This document shows, piece after piece, positions 19,071 to 28,018 of a stretch of DNA of 64,000 nucleotides (the first letter of the stretch is position 1; each line of letters opens with the position of its first letter). Under the pieces are notes generated by a model. That model saw only the letters and a program-made list of their open reading frames with translations. It was not told where the DNA came from and ran no database searches. The stretch comes from Candidatus Gottesmanbacteria bacterium RIFCSPHIGHO2_02_FULL_39_11 (lineage in GTDB: Bacteria > Patescibacteriota > Microgenomatia > 2-02-FULL-39-11), in assembly GCA_001779195.1 (NCBI GenBank), contig MFJL01000041.1, positions 16,881-80,880 of the forward strand, read 5' to 3'. A program made the translations under genes and the position numbers.

Positions 19071-19187
19071 GTGGGAGGAGAATAAAAAAATCATTCTTCG
19101 ATTATAAGAGGACGTAAGAATTTGTATTTCCTCATTAAATAATTCGAAAACAAATTCTAACGAAAGGAGGTGAAAATAATTAAATAT

Positions 19188-20387
19188 ATGAAAAAATTCG
19201 CAACAATAGTTGGAACTGCTGCTCTTTTTGGAGCCGCAATGCTTCCAGCTTTAGCAACAGGTAATAACTGTTCAAACGATACCACCGGTCCTTTCTCAAA
19301 CAACACATGTACAGTAAACAACACAAGTAATGTGCAAGTGAGTAACTACAATGACGCTAAAATAACAAATGATGTTGAATCAAACGTCAATACCGGGCAC
19401 AATAGCGCAAGCTATAACACTCTCGGAGGTGATATCGTCACAGGAAACGCTACTTCTAATACCGTCGTATCAACCGTTGCCAATATTAATACTACTAACG
19501 TAGTAGGTGGTGCAGCAGCAGGTCCAAACACCGGCTCAAACCACATTACTGGTCCCGGTTCTATATGGGGAGGAAGTGACGGAAACAATGCAGTATATAT
19601 CAACAATGACCAAAACGTTAACGTTGATAATCAAAACACCGCCGTCGTTTATAACGACGTCGATGCATCTTCCAACACTGGATATAACAGAGCTAAAGCT
19701 AACACTGGTCCTGCATTTATCAAAAGCGGTAATGGAGTACTCGGCGTAACCGTCGGGACCCACGTCAATGATAACTGGACACAGGTTACAACTGGAGCTG
19801 GTTCAACTGGAGGAAATACAGCAGGAAACAGTATCACCGGACCTTTCTCAGACAATATCGTCACATTAAATAACAGCAGCGATATCAGTGTAAGAAATTA
19901 CAATGATATGTTCGTTAAAAATGATGTTGACGCAAGTGTTGAGACCGGAGATAACAAAGCTTCTTACAACACTCTCGGAGGCGACATCGTCACCGGGGGC
20001 GCACGTGGGATAGTTGGAGTAAATACAGAAGGAAATATAAATACTACTTCTGTACAACAAGCTCTAGGAGGATTTGCCAACAACGGCAATAACTCAACCA
20101 CCGGACCTGGATCAGAAAATAATACCTATGTTAACAACGATCAGATCATAAGTGTAGACAACGCAAATAATAAGTGTTGGTCTCATAATGCTGACAGTAT
20201 TAATTGGGGTAGAAATTGCTATCCGTGGGATCTAGGGGTCGAAAATTTTGTTGACGCATCTTCCGAAACCGGAGACAATCGAGCCAACGGTAATACCGCT
20301 GGTGGATTTGTCAACGCAACTTTGGCAGATTTGTGGCAGAGTGTCGTGACTCATATCAACGATACTATGACTACAGTCACACAGTAA
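19188..20387 (+). CDS. Secreted Asn/Thr/Gly-rich repeat protein B (4 repeats, ABAB); candidate major subunit
   Basis: ATG start gives signal peptide MKKFATIVG..PALA; TGP(F/G)S and TG.N.ASYNTLGGDIVTG repeats; same RBS context as gene A. Confidence 0.85.
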   Translation: MKKFATIVGTAALFGAAMLPALATGNNCSNDTTGPFSNNTCTVNNTSNVQVSNYNDAKITNDVESNVNTGHNSASYNTLGGDIVTGNATSNTVVSTVANINTTNVVGGAAAGPNTGSNHITGPGSIWGGSDGNNAVYINNDQNVNVDNQNTAVVYNDVDASSNTGYNRAKANTGPAFIKSGNGVLGVTVGTHVNDNWTQVTTGAGSTGGNTAGNSITGPFSDNIVTLNNSSDISVRNYNDMFVKNDVDASVETGDNKASYNTLGGDIVTGGARGIVGVNTEGNINTTSVQQALGGFANNGNNSTTGPGSENNTYVNNDQIISVDNANNKCWSHNADSINWGRNCYPWDLGVENFVDASSETGDNRANGNTAGGFVNATLADLWQSVVTHINDTMTTVTQ

Positions 20388-20388
20388 C

Positions 20389-20445
20389 CGTTTTCTTTCT
20401 TGGCAGGCCCCGACTATCAAGTCGAGGGCCTCCAAGAAGGAACGA
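20389..20445 (+). other. Long intercistronic hairpin with no U-tract
   Basis: CTTGGCAGGCCCCGACT-ATCA-AGTCGAGGGCCTCCAAG. Confidence 0.6.
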
Positions 20446-20479
20446 GATTAACAAAAGCTCAAAGCTAAAAGTTTAAAAA

Positions 20480-22846
20480 ATGACGACAAAATCACCCATA
20501 AATAAATTACACAGACTTATTAGCAGTTTTCTTATTGCTATTCTTCTTTTTGAAAGAATGTTTTCTTTTACTACCCTTTCTGCATATGCGGATGATCCCT
20601 CACCGACAAGTGCTCCTCAAGAACAGAATGCTCCGCCTCCGCCTCCGTCAGTACCGACAGCTCCTCCTCCGGCTCCTACTGTGCCTCCGGTAGATGCAGT
20701 ACCCACCGTTCCTCCTCCGGGCGGATCAGATGAACCTCCTTCCAATCAGTCTCCTCCGGTTCCAACATCAGCACCTACTGGTGAGGCCCAACCGACTATT
20801 TCTCCTAATGATCCGGTTCCGACTATTGTACCGGTAGGATATGTATCTCCGACGGGTAATCCTACTACTACTACATCGAGCGGAGCCTTGGCGGATTCAA
20901 TGGCAACGGGCGATGCGCAAGAAGGGAACGGAAGTACCTACTCGAAAGACGAATCCGTAAACGATCCAGCCAATACCAATACCGGTGCTTTTTCACAAAA
21001 TCAGGCAACAGAAGATCTAAATAAAAATTTAGAACAGGTTTCTAAAAACCTGGCAGATCTTAATAATAAAATTAATCAGTTATCCAATACCGGATTTAAT
21101 GTAGCAACCCTTAATACATTATCCGGAAATGTTTTTACGGGAGATGCCAATGCCTCAACAAATCTTTTTAACAAACTAAACAGCAATGTCACGGGTGAGG
21201 GAGGATTTGTCACTCAAAATATATACGGAAATCAGAGCGGGGACATCGTATTTCAACTAGCTGAGAGTAGTGCAACTGGAACATTTGACAGTGTCAGTCC
21301 AACAGTTACCAAAAATGCAACAACGGGAGCGGAATCTGACAATACTGCTACAACTAGCAACGGATTTACCGTCAAAGAAGCAAACGGAAATGACGCAACG
21401 ATAAATAATGATATAACTTTAAATGCCATTTCCGGAGAAAATAAAGCAGTATTAAATACCGGAAACGGTGTTGTAAAAACAGGAGATGCAAATGCACTCG
21501 CAAATATAATTAACCTTGCCAACACCAATCTGAATGTAGCAGAGTGGCTTTTCGGAGTAATTAATATTTATGGCACCCTAACCGGGAATATTATACTTCC
21601 CGATGGAACATCTGTTCTTGCCTCATCAATTACATCAAATTCACCTGTTTCAACCACAAGTAATTCACAAACCGGAGCCGGATCTGACAACACAGCTGTC
21701 TACCAAACTTCAGATACGTCCGAATTTAAAAACGTAAATACGGCAACGGTGGCAACCAATGTTGATGTAACCTCCAATACCGGAAATAACGCCAGTAACG
21801 GAAATACAAGTGGAGGAAGTGTAACCACCGGGGATGCAAATTCAGATGTAAACAGTACAACTGTTGCCAATACAAATGTAGATGATCCTGAGGGAACCGT
21901 ATGGATTGTCATGGTAAACGAGTTGGGGAAATGGATAGGAAAAATTATCGGAGCGCCATCTGAGGCTACCACGGCATCAAGTCTTCCCGCAACTATAACA
22001 ACTGGAGGAGAAGGACAGGCAACATATACCGACAGCACAACTAATTCACAAACCGGTGCAGGGTCATCAAATGACGCGCAAAATTCACAAAGTGCTAAAG
22101 AGACAACAGAGAACACAAACACTGCAGATATTAAGAATAACATAACCGTAAATGCAGATTCCGGAAACAATGCCGCAAACTACAATACCGGGGCAGGAAT
22201 AGTTGAAACCGGGGATGCAAATGCGGGAGTAAATATATTAAATCTTTCAAACCTTAACGTAAAAGCCAAGAAAGTAGTGGTGTTATTTATAAACGTCTTG
22301 GGAGATTTTATAGGAAACGTGGTAACTCCCGGACAGCCGAATGAACACGTAATAGCTGATAATTCTCAGCCGCAGACTACACCTACTCCTGATACAAGGA
22401 TTGGGGGTGCTGTATCTTCTGATCCGACACCAACTCCCACTGATGAGGTTGCAGTAAATTATGTTATTAACCAAACTGTTGTGAATATAAATCCGGTACA
22501 GACGGTTGTCAGTTACCTTACAAACAGCACGGATCAAACCGGAGAAGAGGCGTATGGAAATTCAGGCAGGATATTTACATATGCAACGGACGCTATCTAC
22601 TTTGCTGAGGTAAACCCGAATATTATTCCTACCAAGTCGCCACTTCGGGGCGTGTATCTTTCCCCTTCTTTTCTGAAAGCAACCGAGTCCACCCTCCCTG
22701 GTATGCTTCTGGGGGGAGTGTCTCTGAAAGTAAATGAACGATGGCTTTCTGTACTTCCGGTTGCAGTACTCTTGGTTATCTTAAGACGCAGACGAAAAAT
22801 CGACTTTTCAAAATATCTAAACATGCTTTTTGACATTGTACTGTAA
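20480..22846 (+). CDS. Large membrane-anchored repeat protein C: Pro-rich stalk, 4 repeats, C-terminal TM + RRRRK
   Basis: Four NxxTGAxSxN...TGDAN repeats homologous to genes A and B. Confidence 0.85.
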   Translation: MTTKSPINKLHRLISSFLIAILLFERMFSFTTLSAYADDPSPTSAPQEQNAPPPPPSVPTAPPPAPTVPPVDAVPTVPPPGGSDEPPSNQSPPVPTSAPTGEAQPTISPNDPVPTIVPVGYVSPTGNPTTTTSSGALADSMATGDAQEGNGSTYSKDESVNDPANTNTGAFSQNQATEDLNKNLEQVSKNLADLNNKINQLSNTGFNVATLNTLSGNVFTGDANASTNLFNKLNSNVTGEGGFVTQNIYGNQSGDIVFQLAESSATGTFDSVSPTVTKNATTGAESDNTATTSNGFTVKEANGNDATINNDITLNAISGENKAVLNTGNGVVKTGDANALANIINLANTNLNVAEWLFGVINIYGTLTGNIILPDGTSVLASSITSNSPVSTTSNSQTGAGSDNTAVYQTSDTSEFKNVNTATVATNVDVTSNTGNNASNGNTSGGSVTTGDANSDVNSTTVANTNVDDPEGTVWIVMVNELGKWIGKIIGAPSEATTASSLPATITTGGEGQATYTDSTTNSQTGAGSSNDAQNSQSAKETTENTNTADIKNNITVNADSGNNAANYNTGAGIVETGDANAGVNILNLSNLNVKAKKVVVLFINVLGDFIGNVVTPGQPNEHVIADNSQPQTTPTPDTRIGGAVSSDPTPTPTDEVAVNYVINQTVVNINPVQTVVSYLTNSTDQTGEEAYGNSGRIFTYATDAIYFAEVNPNIIPTKSPLRGVYLSPSFLKATESTLPGMLLGGVSLKVNERWLSVLPVAVLLVILRRRRKIDFSKYLNMLFDIVL

Positions 22847-22901
22847 TCTGCTTTTGCCCACTATCTGTCGTTATTAAACTGCCATTTTCATAAGGAGGGT
22901 T

Positions 22902-23381
22902 ATGAAAAAAATAATTGCAGTTCTATCTGCATTCTTTTTATTTTTCTTCTTCTGGGGACTTTTTACTCAAACTGTGTCACAAACAGAAGCTGACTGGTGG
23001 GTGCGTCCGACTGAACGGGAAGCACAGCCCACACGTGAGCCGCGGGTTAGTTTGGCACCCCGGACTCCCAGTCCTACTGATTCTCCTACACCCAAGCCTA
23101 CAGGCAGTTCTCCGTCCGACCAGAATCCCTGTGCGCCGGGACAATCATTTACCGGTACCAACTGCGGATGGTCACCGGGAATTTCTGAATACAAACATGA
23201 TCCGGAAGGAAGCAGTAGCCAGGCAGTCGGATATGGAATCGGAGGACCGGATGTACTAGGACTTTCCTATACGGGAAGCGTGAGTTCAAATAAGATTAGC
23301 AGTTCTGATGTAATCTTTCTCTTAGGAGTTCTATGTCTACTCGTATACACAAAGTCAAAACTCAGGGCAAAGATAAGGTAA
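22902..23381 (+). CDS. Small secreted Pro/Thr-rich protein with a probable sorting signal
   Basis: Signal peptide; VLGLSYTG, then a hydrophobic stretch and KSKLRAKIR; AGGAGG RBS; overlaps the sortase gene. Confidence 0.7.
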   Translation: MKKIIAVLSAFFLFFFFWGLFTQTVSQTEADWWVRPTEREAQPTREPRVSLAPRTPSPTDSPTPKPTGSSPSDQNPCAPGQSFTGTNCGWSPGISEYKHDPEGSSSQAVGYGIGGPDVLGLSYTGSVSSNKISSSDVIFLLGVLCLLVYTKSKLRAKIR

Positions 23382-23971
23382 AAAAAGCCCGCCTGACCTT
23401 TTTAATTATAGGAATTGTACTTCTTGTTCTGGGATTTTTGATACAAAATAGTTCTTTTATTTTTTCAAAACCTCGCGCCATCGTAGCCAAGTCAAATGGT
23501 TATACGCCTCTCTTATCCTATAATCCGGTCAAAATAGACCCTCTTTTTATCCAGTCTCAGACTTTGCCAAAGTTAATTCGGGATATTCCTACAAAAATTA
23601 TTATTCCCTCAGTTGGGATTGATGTAGGAGTTAAAAAAGCAAAAATTATAAACGGTTACTGGGAAGTTTTTGAAGATACTGCCGGATGGGGAGAAGGATC
23701 AGCTGCACCCGATGAAGCAGGAAACGTTGTAATGTTTGCTCACGCACGGGAAGGGTTATTTTTACCCCTTAGAAACGTAAAATCAGGGCAAAAAGTTTAT
23801 ATTCTGACTGGTAATATATTTTATACGTATGAAATTAAAGAGGTTCAGGAAGTAAATCCGACAGATACGGAGGTTATTAAACCGACACAAGATGCAATTT
23901 TAACCCTGTATACTTGTTCGGGATTTGCAGACAGCAAAAGGCTTATCGTAAAGGCAAAAAAGATTATCTGA
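23333..23971 (+). CDS. Sortase (class D/E-like)
   Basis: N-terminal TM; His (FAHAR), Cys (LTLYTC) and Arg (SKRLIV) triad. Confidence 0.9.
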   Translation: MSTRIHKVKTQGKDKVKKARLTFLIIGIVLLVLGFLIQNSSFIFSKPRAIVAKSNGYTPLLSYNPVKIDPLFIQSQTLPKLIRDIPTKIIIPSVGIDVGVKKAKIINGYWEVFEDTAGWGEGSAAPDEAGNVVMFAHAREGLFLPLRNVKSGQKVYILTGNIFYTYEIKEVQEVNPTDTEVIKPTQDAILTLYTCSGFADSKRLIVKAKKII

Positions 23972-24189
23972 ATCTTTCCACTATTCCCCCGGCCGGATTC
24001 CACCATTCTGGCCGCATTCATTTACCACAGTGGTCGTACGGATTATACTATATTTTTCCCTTGCATGACTTCGTTCTTTCTGACACAATAAATATACTAA
24101 AAAACTCAAGTTTATGTGTTGTTTTTCAGTATATCCCCCTCTAATCCTTCCCGATTGAATCGGGATCGGAAAGAGGGGTAAAAAAGTCT

Positions 24190-25068
24190 ATGAACCGGTT
24201 TATTTTTCCTATCCAGCATTATTTTTTTCCGCATCATTCAAACAACTACAAGGCAAAATCGCTCCATCTTTCTTCTTTGCTTTTTTATGTCGCTTTGCTT
24301 CTTCTGGTACAGTTTACTGTCAAAACATTTAGAAAAGATTATCCTGAGATTTTGGGATACGCAAAAGATGTAAATATTAACAGGATATTAACCCTCGTTA
24401 ATCAAAAGAGACAGGAGGCGGGACTTTCTCCCCTTGCTCTCTCACCGCTTCTAACAACATCAGCAACCAATAAGGGGAATGATATGTTTGGCAATAATTA
24501 CTGGGCTCATATATCTCCCTCCGGCAAAACTCCGTGGGAGTTTATAAGGGAGACAGGATATGATTATGACTATGCCGGGGAGAATTTAGCTAAAAGCTTT
24601 GATAGTTCAGATCAGGTGGTTGATGCCTGGATGAATTCTCCGACACATCGGACAAATCTACTTAAACCTGAGTATACCGAGATGGGACTTGCTGTTATCA
24701 ACGGCAAGCTTCTGGGTGAGGAGACAACTCTTGTAGTTCAGGAATTCGGAACACGAACTTTATCTGATACCGTTGCCCAAATTACACCTGAGGCGATTGT
24801 GCCTACACAAGCGGTTGCAGTTGTCCTGCCTCCGAACAGCTTCTCCGCAACGACCATTAATACGGTTCCAAAAGTTGTCGTCTATACTCCTCTTAAGTCA
24901 ATCTCCATCCTCACAGCCGAGTTTCTCCTAGTCGTTCTTTTCTTAGACGGGATTTATATGTGGAAATTTAAGCCTCATAGGCTTTCTTCACGGACTCTTG
25001 CCCATATTATATTTATAGGTGCTTTAATTGGTGCAATGGGAGCAACCGGAATAGGAGCCATACTATGA
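24190..25068 (+). CDS. CAP/SCP-domain membrane protein
   Basis: NYWAHISPSG, YAGENLA, AWMNSPTHRTNLL. Confidence 0.9.
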   Translation: MNRFIFPIQHYFFPHHSNNYKAKSLHLSSLLFYVALLLLVQFTVKTFRKDYPEILGYAKDVNINRILTLVNQKRQEAGLSPLALSPLLTTSATNKGNDMFGNNYWAHISPSGKTPWEFIRETGYDYDYAGENLAKSFDSSDQVVDAWMNSPTHRTNLLKPEYTEMGLAVINGKLLGEETTLVVQEFGTRTLSDTVAQITPEAIVPTQAVAVVLPPNSFSATTINTVPKVVVYTPLKSISILTAEFLLVVLFLDGIYMWKFKPHRLSSRTLAHIIFIGALIGAMGATGIGAIL

Positions 25069-25319
25069 AAGTCCACAAACATACTCCCGATTACCTCATA
25101 CTTCTTCTGGTAGTTTTAATCAGTCTCGTGTTTTTTATCGCAAATATTTCAAATCCAATGAGACAGTATGAGATTATTATCTCTTTAAGCTTTCTTTATA
25201 TTGCTTGGGGAATTTTCCACCACGCCCGAAATCATGATTTGCACCTGAAAGTTGTGGTAGAATACGTTGTCATAGCAGTTATTGGCATACTCTTACTAAG
25301 AGGAGCCATTTTTCATTAA
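25065..25319 (+). CDS. Small 3-TM hypothetical protein
   Basis: Hydrophobic; YIAWGIFHH..VVEY; overlaps the upstream stop. Confidence 0.65.
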   Translation: MKVHKHTPDYLILLLVVLISLVFFIANISNPMRQYEIIISLSFLYIAWGIFHHARNHDLHLKVVVEYVVIAVIGILLLRGAIFH

Positions 25320-25426
25320 ATTCGAAACACGAAATCCGAAACAATATTATTAAAATCTGAGATACGAACCAGTTAATTTAATGTTTAAATTTGTTTCGTA
25401 TTTTTGATATTTAGGATTTCGGATTT
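25318..25426. repeat. Intergenic 7-bp-period repeat tract with an inverted second half
   Basis: aaattcgaaacacgaaatccgaaacaa ... ttgtttcgtattt..tttaggatttcggattt. Confidence 0.65.
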
Positions 25427-25438
25427 ATTTACATAATT

Positions 25439-26173
25439 ATGAAAGGTGTAATTTTAGCTGGGGGACTTGCAACCCGACTTTATCCGCTTACTTACGCTAC
25501 AAACAAGCATCTTCTGCCAATTTTTGATCGGCCGATGATTTTTTATCCTATAAACACTCTGGTTAAAGCAGGAATTACGGAGGTTCTTATTGTGACAAGC
25601 GGTCCTCATGCGGGTCATTTTTTACGGGTCTTAAAAAACGGGAAAGAGTTAGGAGTTACGCACCTTGAGTATGCATATCAGGAAAGGGCAAACGGAGGTA
25701 TTGCCGATGCTCTAAAACTTGCTGAGGATTTTGCGGATAACGACCCCATCACCGTAATTTTAGGAGATAACACAACGGATGCGGATATAAAAAAAAGCGT
25801 TGATAATTTTAAAGACGGGGCCTTAATTTTCCTGAAAAAAATTGAGAATAAAAAAGAACTGTCACGCTTTGGAGTTCCCGAATTTGGAGAGCCGGATAAG
25901 TCAAAAGTAATTTCGCTTGAAGAAAAACCAAAAAATCCTAAGAGCAAATTTGCAGTGTGCGGGTTGTATATGTATGACAAACATGTTTTTGATCTCATAC
26001 GTAAATGCACGCCCTCAGCCCGGGATGAGCTTGAAATTACGGATGTAAATAATTTGTATATTAAAGAGGGCAAACTCTCCTGGGAAGAATTAAAAGGATT
26101 TTGGTCTGATACCGGTACATTTGATACGCTTTATGCAGCAAATAAATATTGGGCAAAGAAAGCGGGGATATGA
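25439..26173 (+). CDS. rmlA: Glucose-1-phosphate thymidylyltransferase (short form)
   Basis: GVILAGGLATRLYPLT, NKHLLPI, ELEITD, WSDTGT. Confidence 0.88.
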   Translation: MKGVILAGGLATRLYPLTYATNKHLLPIFDRPMIFYPINTLVKAGITEVLIVTSGPHAGHFLRVLKNGKELGVTHLEYAYQERANGGIADALKLAEDFADNDPITVILGDNTTDADIKKSVDNFKDGALIFLKKIENKKELSRFGVPEFGEPDKSKVISLEEKPKNPKSKFAVCGLYMYDKHVFDLIRKCTPSARDELEITDVNNLYIKEGKLSWEELKGFWSDTGTFDTLYAANKYWAKKAGI

Positions 26174-27162
26174 AACTTCTGGTTACAGGCGGTGCCGGTT
26201 TTATAGGAAGCAATTTTATCCTCTACTGGATTTCTCACTATCCGAATGATGCGATCGTTAACCTGGATAAATTGACGTACGCGGGAAATTTAGAAAACCT
26301 CAAAAGTATTGAAAAAAATCAAAATTATACGTTTATCCGGGGGGATATTTGTGACTGCGATGTTGTTGAAAAAGCGATGCAGGGAGTTGATACGATTGTC
26401 CATTTTGCGGCTGAGAGCCATGTGGACCGGTCAATTACAGAACCAAGTGATTTTATCAAAACAAATATCACCGGTACTTATACTCTTTTGGAATCTGCAT
26501 TAAAAAACCATGTTAAACGCTTCCACCATATCTCAACAGATGAAGTATTCGGATCTTTAGAATTAGATTCCCTGGAAAAATTTGATGAAAATACCCCTTA
26601 TGATCCGAGCTCTCCATACTCAGCATCAAAAGCATCATCTGATCATTTAGTAAGAGCGTATTTTAGAACGTATCAATTGCCTATTACCATTTCAAACTGC
26701 TCAAATAACTTTGGCCCTTTTCAGTATCCTGAAAAATTGATTCCCCTTACCATTACCAATTTGATGGAGGGTAAGAAAGTGCCGGTATACGGAGACGGGA
26801 AAAACGTAAGGGACTGGTTATATGTAGAGGATCACTGCCGGGCAATTGACCTTATTTTGCAAAAAGGAAAAGTCGGGGAGACATACACAATCGGAGGAAT
26901 GACACAGGATGTTTCAAATATCGAAATTGTCGGAAAAATAATAACCCTTATGGATGAGGATAAGGGTAAAATTGAATTTGTCACAGACAGAAAAGGACAT
27001 GACAGAAGGTATGCAGTAGACTGGAAAAAAATTGAGGGTGAACTGGGATGGAAACCCGTTTCCGATTTTGACACATGGCTTGCCAAAACTATTGATTGGT
27101 ACAGAAAAAACGAAAATTGGTGGCAACCACTTAAAAATCAAAAATGGATAAATCAATCTTGA
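26170..27162 (+). CDS. rmlB: dTDP-glucose 4,6-dehydratase
   Basis: TGGAGFIGSN, AAESHVDRSI, STDEVFG, YSASKA, GHDRRYA. Confidence 0.95.
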   Translation: MKLLVTGGAGFIGSNFILYWISHYPNDAIVNLDKLTYAGNLENLKSIEKNQNYTFIRGDICDCDVVEKAMQGVDTIVHFAAESHVDRSITEPSDFIKTNITGTYTLLESALKNHVKRFHHISTDEVFGSLELDSLEKFDENTPYDPSSPYSASKASSDHLVRAYFRTYQLPITISNCSNNFGPFQYPEKLIPLTITNLMEGKKVPVYGDGKNVRDWLYVEDHCRAIDLILQKGKVGETYTIGGMTQDVSNIEIVGKIITLMDEDKGKIEFVTDRKGHDRRYAVDWKKIEGELGWKPVSDFDTWLAKTIDWYRKNENWWQPLKNQKWINQS

Positions 27163-28013
27163 CAACCGGTTTTAACGGGATGGTGGGGTCCCGTTTCTTG
27201 GAGCTATTTCCGGATTATACCGTTCTCAATCTCGGTAAATCGGATGGAGTTGATATCACCGATTATGAAAAAATCATTAACTATTTTGAAGAGTCAAAAG
27301 CTCCTACGGTTGTCCATATGGCCGGAAAAACGGATGTTGATTCCTGTGAGGATGATAAATTGTTTGGGGAGGGTGGCGAAGCATGGAGAGTAAATGTGGA
27401 AGGTACTCGAAATATTGTCAAAGCCTCTCAAAAAACAGGGAAACGTCTCATCTATATCTCAACAGACTTTGTTTTTAACGGAACAAAAGATTTTTATACA
27501 GAAGAAGACGTACCTGATCCGGTGAACTGGTACGGATACACAAAATACGAAGGAGAGCTCTCTGTCGCATCATCCGGAATTGGCTATTCTATTTTGCGCA
27601 TATCATATCCGTACCGGGCGTATTATCCGAAGAAAAAAGACTTTGTCAGAAGAATTTTGGAAAAAATGACGAACAAGGAAAAAATTTACGCTCTTTCTGA
27701 TCATATATACACTCCCACCTTTATTGACGATATCGCACAGGGTATCAACCTGTTTCTGGAAAAAAACATAGAGGGAACCTATCACTTAGTAGGAAGGGAA
27801 AGTTTATCGGTTATAGAGGGAATAACCACAATTGGGGGTGTGTTTGGTCTAAATCCACAGCTTGTTCCCATTACCCGGGAACAGTACTTTAAAGACCGGG
27901 CATACCGTCCATTTAAGTTGGGACTTAAAAGTGATAAAATAAGAAATCTTGATTTAAAGATGAATTCATTTAGCGAGGGGCTGGAAAAAGTTAAAAAACA
28001 GTTATCCATTTAA
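27144..28013 (+). CDS. rmlD: dTDP-4-dehydrorhamnose reductase
   Basis: GFNGMVG, TDVDSCE, STDFVFNG, YGYTKYEGE. Confidence 0.88.
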   Translation: MDKSILTTGFNGMVGSRFLELFPDYTVLNLGKSDGVDITDYEKIINYFEESKAPTVVHMAGKTDVDSCEDDKLFGEGGEAWRVNVEGTRNIVKASQKTGKRLIYISTDFVFNGTKDFYTEEDVPDPVNWYGYTKYEGELSVASSGIGYSILRISYPYRAYYPKKKDFVRRILEKMTNKEKIYALSDHIYTPTFIDDIAQGINLFLEKNIEGTYHLVGRESLSVIEGITTIGGVFGLNPQLVPITREQYFKDRAYRPFKLGLKSDKIRNLDLKMNSFSEGLEKVKKQLSI

Positions 28014-28018
28014 AATAT

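Noticed and set aside
18870-19094. 74-aa minus-strand ORF
   Set aside because: Runs across the DUF2292-like gene, the repeat tract and the attenuator
19170-19187. GTG start for gene B
   Set aside because: The GTG lies within the Shine-Dalgarno sequence; ATG at 19188 gives a normal signal peptide
21253-22836. Several 79-156-aa antisense ORFs inside gene C
   Set aside because: Expected by-product of Thr/Asn/Gly-biased codons on the sense strand
23978-24035. SRP (4.5S) RNA or tRNA
   Set aside because: Lacks the SRP helix-8 CAGG..GGAA..AGCAG motif and has no cloverleaf or T-loop
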